DNA from: Macrostomum lignano | Taxonomy: Eukaryota | Assembly (NCBI GenBank): GCA_002269645.1 | Contig: NIVC01003765.1 | Span: 13,782 to 77,781, forward strand | DNA: 64,000 bases | Direction: 5' to 3' | Shown here: positions 60,225 through 64,000 of the stretch, in pieces | How the letters are laid out: every line of letters starts with the position of its first letter | Position numbering within the stretch: position 1 is the stretch's first letter | The notes under the pieces: generated by a model | The model's input: the letters and a program-made list of their open reading frames with translations, nothing else | What the model was told of the DNA's origin: nothing | The model's database searches: none | Program-made: the position numbers and the translations under genes

Positions 60225-60726
60225 TCAGAAAAAGTTCACATAGAAGCTCAGTTTATAAACAGTTATTGCAGAAATTGTCGTTAGCAAAATCGGACTCGTT
60301 CTTGCTACCGTCAAGCCAGTCAAACTTAAATTTGCGTTCAGCTCAGTTTTCGACTCAGTCAAGCACTGCTCGGGTCGCTGCCAGGCCTCAGGATCGAGGT
60401 CCTTCTCCAGAGCGAGCGTCGGCTCGAGGGCCGGGTAGTTCAGCACGATTCTTCTTGCTGCCGAGGACCGGTTGTACATGAATATGCGGGCATACGGCTG
60501 CGCGTGAAGGCTGATGTTCAGCACGTGAACGTGAGTTTCGTTGACAGTTAGAGCGAAAGCGCCGCTATTGTCAACACTGGCAACCGTTCGAGGAATGAAC
60601 TGGTAGAACTGGTCCTTGACTGCCACCAGGAAAAGCTCGACGTGCAGAATGCCGTAGCGGACATTGAGCATTCCGCTACTGCGGTTCAGGTAAACTAGAG
60701 CTGAACCGAAACCGAACTGACCGAAA
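60225..60726 (-). CDS. Beta-lactamase-like hydrolase, terminal exon (C-terminal domain, GPI-like hydrophobic tail)
   Basis: ctttcag acceptor, phase 2; ends SPILLTTISAITVYKLSFYVNFF*. The six exons total 1911 nt = 636 aa + stop. Confidence 0.8.
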
Positions 60727-61029
60727 CTGAAAGAGTGCAACACGAAATTTGAAACCTCAGAGTGTAGTTGATTTCCTCCGTGAACAGTGCTTCAGTTTAA
60801 CAAATCAATGATTTTTGAATTATCTATCGGCCAAGACGAAATCAACTTAAAGGCTACCTGATCCGAGTCTAGGGCTTACTTTCCCCCAAAACTCATGGCG
60901 TTCTGCTCATGGCCTCTTACGGAAGGCCAGGCCTGATAGGTAGGCTACACAGCTGATGCTCCTTGACCATCTGTTTCAAAGGACTATACTAATAGAATAG
61001 TATACTAGCTTTTAAATTACCGTACCCAC

Positions 61030-61327
61030 CTGCCGGAGCAAAATTCGACGTCTTCCTTCGTCAGGTTGAGTTTGGGAACCGCCACAACCTCAGTATTGAC
61101 CCGGTGCAGCAGGCTGCAGACGTTGCTCTCTGTGACAAACGAAGAGTTCATCAGCAGCACGTCGGCCAGGTATTTGTTGAGAATTGCCGCATATAGCGGC
61201 TGCAGCATCGACTGCTCGCCATCGGCCAGGTTGGTGTGGGTGAACACCGCCAGTTGGCGCTTCACAAACACGTCCAGCTGGCAGCGGACATCGAAGAGGC
61301 TGCCACCGTGGCTGTAGGCCAGGTTGT
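61030..61327 (-). CDS. Beta-lactamase-like hydrolase, exon 5 (HxG)
   Basis: YSHGGS third catalytic motif; phases 1/2. Confidence 0.85.
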
Positions 61328-61529
61328 CTGTCAATGGGACGGAAATTTTCGGTGTAAATTTTTCCTGATTTTATGTGTATATGAGTGCTCACGAGTCATC
61401 GGAATGGGCAGAATTGCCACACCGCTAGTTGAGGGACGATGTCTTTAAAGGCGTTGCGCCAGGGTGCCCACAGCCCTTCTAACAAACTAATACTATAGGG
61501 AACAGCTAAATTATTGTGTAGAAACTCAC

Positions 61530-61789
61530 TGCGGTACCAAGTCCTGAACCAGCCCTTGCTGTAGGACTCAATCTCCAAGTCTGGAAAGTCAGTGTCCGGA
61601 GCTGTGTAAAAGTCTCGGTCGAAGTATTTATTGAAGCCATTCTCTGCTACAAAAGCGTTCACCGGGCCGAACTGACTTGGCAACGGTCGCACACTTGAGT
61701 AGTTTGACAGCGTATGCAGTTGCATGTACTTTAGCATGTCGTCTAGGGAGATGTGCACACCGCCAGCTGCCTCCACCAGCATTGTGGAA
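61530..61789 (-). CDS. Beta-lactamase-like hydrolase, exon 4
   Basis: AAGGVHISLDDMLKYM motif and YSKGW; ttctcag acceptor, GTGAG donor; phases 2/1. Confidence 0.85.
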
Positions 61790-61883
61790 CTGAGAAGAGG
61801 TGGGCGAAATTATGGGCTGAGATTTCTTCTACATCAGTACATCGATTTCATATTTAAGTGCACTAAAAATGCATCGCCCTCAC

Positions 61884-62147
61884 TTGCGCAGGTCGCTGCT
61901 GTCGTAGGGAATGCCGTCAATTATGGAGCGCGAATTCTGGTAGACCCTCGACCAGAGGCTAGTATTCATCTCTGAGCTGGAAAAGGTGTCCATCATATTC
62001 AACGGCGTCCACAGGTGCTCGCGCATGTACTGCGCATAGGTCTGTCCGGTGAGGCGCTGCAGAGCCAAGTCCGCCACTGTCCAGGCCAAGTTGTTGTAGC
62101 GGAACGAGGCTCGGAAGCCGCGGATTGCCTGCAGCCGGCCTGTGGCG
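61884..62147 (-). CDS. Beta-lactamase-like hydrolase, exon 3 (YxN)
   Basis: FRYNN motif (62090-62098) and RLTGQTYAQYMREHLWTPLNM; phases 2/2. Confidence 0.85.
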
Positions 62148-62532
62148 CTGCGATAACGGAGTGATATCGAGCTTCGTATCCTTGAAGTTGCAAATCTCTG
62201 GATCAAGTTTTATTTCTTATATGCGTTTGTGCGTGTATGCATTACATGGTCGAACGTGACAAACTTCCTAGTAAGTAGTTTCGTCAAAGCATCTTCAGCT
62301 CATTTAACAGAGGTTCTTCTCCGACTAAATCAGCTTCCTGTTTTGTAACTTGTTGCATCTCTATATCTGAATTTTTAGCGACATATGCTAATAAAGCATG
62401 TAGCTCGTAAGTAGTAAGTACCTCGTAGTTTGATGTTGTACTTGTTTAATAAAGACTACTTTGTCGACTGCACTAGTACGTAAACGTTCTTGTTTTCCAC
62501 TAAAATTAACTTGTTATACCGTAGCAACTCAC

Positions 62533-62703
62533 TTGACAAGCTCCTCCTTTGAGCTGAAGTGTCTCAGGTACCAGAGCGAGTCATGTCGGGCTACCCCGGT
62601 CGAGTGGCTCATCAGATCCTCCAACGTCACCAAGTCGGTCCGCGTCTGGTCGATGAACCAGAACTCGTCGCCAAAAACCGATTTCAATGGCAGTTTTAGA
62701 AGG
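62533..62703 (-). CDS. Beta-lactamase-like hydrolase, exon 2
   Basis: Not in the ORF track; reads LLKLPLKSVFGDEFWFIDQTRTDLVTLEDLMSHSTGVARHD (family motif T..DL.SH.TG); cgcag acceptor, GTGAG donor, phases 2/2. Confidence 0.85.
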
Positions 62704-62993
62704 CTGCGGTTTGTAAATAAGACAAGTGGGAGAACTCAGAACTTAAACGTCAGGTGGTGGTTGATTATGCGAATAAAAAGTGCGAATCAGCCACAGCTCT
62801 TGTCCGCAAGATAAACTTAAATGAGAACCTGTGAGCTCCCCCCGCCCAGTTTCCTTCCAATTCAGAATTGGGACTCGGTCCTCAACACCCGCATGTCTGA
62901 AAGTGAGATTCTGAATAGAAACACAGTAAAATTAGGGGCTTCCGAAATTGTCTTTATCCCGAGTCACTCAACCCGTGTTGAACTATTGCTCAC

Positions 62994-63409
62994 CTGACAA
63001 CGCCAGGCGTGTCACGCGACAGGTTCTGTCCCAGCAGAGCGTTCTGAATACGCGGCAGCGCGGTGCCCAGCATTCCCTTGGACACGGACGCCAGGCTCAG
63101 AAGCATCTGCCTATTCAGGTCTCTGACCTCAACGCCGCCTTGAGCTGTCGTCGCCTCCAGTCGGAAGTCGAAGACTGGCCGACCGGCGTGGACAGCGGCG
63201 GCGTGCAGCTGCCGGATGCCCTGACAGCGCATGGCGCGGGACAGCACGGCGCGCAGCGACTGCAGCTCCGGCTGGAACGGCTCCCTCACTGCCGAAGCCG
63301 ATGCTGACGCGAAGTTCGCTGCAACGGCCAGGAGCAGCGTGGACAAAAGCAATCCGACATGTTCAGCACCGCTCGCTGCAGCTTGACATCGGCTTGACTT
63401 GAGGCGCAT
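62994..63409 (-). CDS. Beta-lactamase/PBP-like serine hydrolase, exon 1 (signal peptide, SxxK)
   Basis: ATG 63409; hydrophobic LLLSTLLLAVAANFASASA; catalytic SVSK at 63077-63088; donor GTGAG, phase 2. Confidence 0.8.
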
Positions 63410-64000
63410 TGAGCAACCCGACAAAAATCTCAACTCAGTAAATGGTTGAGAGTTTATACCCGTGTCCAACAGCCCAGTACCCAACCCCCGACACTCTCGA
63501 CCGTTGCTGTCCGAACATCCCTGGAGGCGGGGTTGGCCGAGGCTGGGCGAATCGTGGGAACAGTTGCCCAAATAAACACAGAGATTCGGCCCTCGCCGAC
63601 CCCTCGCTTCCTCTCTCTATCTCCCTGCATCTCTCTCTTTCTCTCCGGCTTGACTTACTTGACTTGCAGGGGGCATCGACCGGCCCCCCTCTCTTCCGGC
63701 TCTATCAGTTTAGACAATCGGCAATTGGTTGCATTTTCCAGGAACTGCAAGGCTCGTGTTCGTTTTGTTTGCGTACTTTAGATCCGCGGATTCTCGCCGG
63801 GGGCTGGGCGAGGGCGAGCGATTGCGGCAGTTTGATAAATTTACAGATGGGATTTCCTGACGCCCAACAACGGAATGGGGAGAGGAGAGGGGATGTTTTG
63901 CCAACTGGACCTCCGTCTCCCGCTTCGCTCTGCATGCCCGTGTTGCAAACAAGGACTGGGAGGAGGCTGAACTCTGAAAAGTTGTCGGAGACCAATTTTT

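Overview
Eukaryotic (metazoan) genomic DNA. GC-rich exons, AT-rich intergenic DNA and dense minisatellites suggest an invertebrate such as a Macrostomum-like flatworm; this is an inference and was not verified. Contents from left to right: (1) the 3' seven exons of a dachsous-type giant protocadherin (+), with in-phase GT-AG junctions, a TM segment and the conserved Ds cytoplasmic motifs; most of its introns hold a distinct tandem repeat. (2) A ~40 kb cluster of six intronless atlastin-family GTPase genes plus one relic, one of the six frameshifted. They keep the atlastin GTPase and helical middle domains, but the ER transmembrane hairpin is replaced by a long coiled coil ending in a CaaX box (CVMM, CVLM, CSIQ, CKQQ) or an amphipathic tail. 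This is a GBP-like architecture built on an atlastin head, and the GTPase cores look homogenised by gene conversion. (3) Inside the cluster: a transposon nest (foldback MITE, solo LTR with 6-bp TSD, two TTAA-flanked long-TIR elements, one carrying a tRNA-derived SINE with 14-bp TSD) and a 13.8-kb near-perfect 44-bp satellite. (4) A six-exon beta-lactamase/PBP-fold serine hydrolase gene (-) with a signal peptide and a GPI-type tail. The soluble or prenylated atlastin cluster is the best candidate for an undescribed system.
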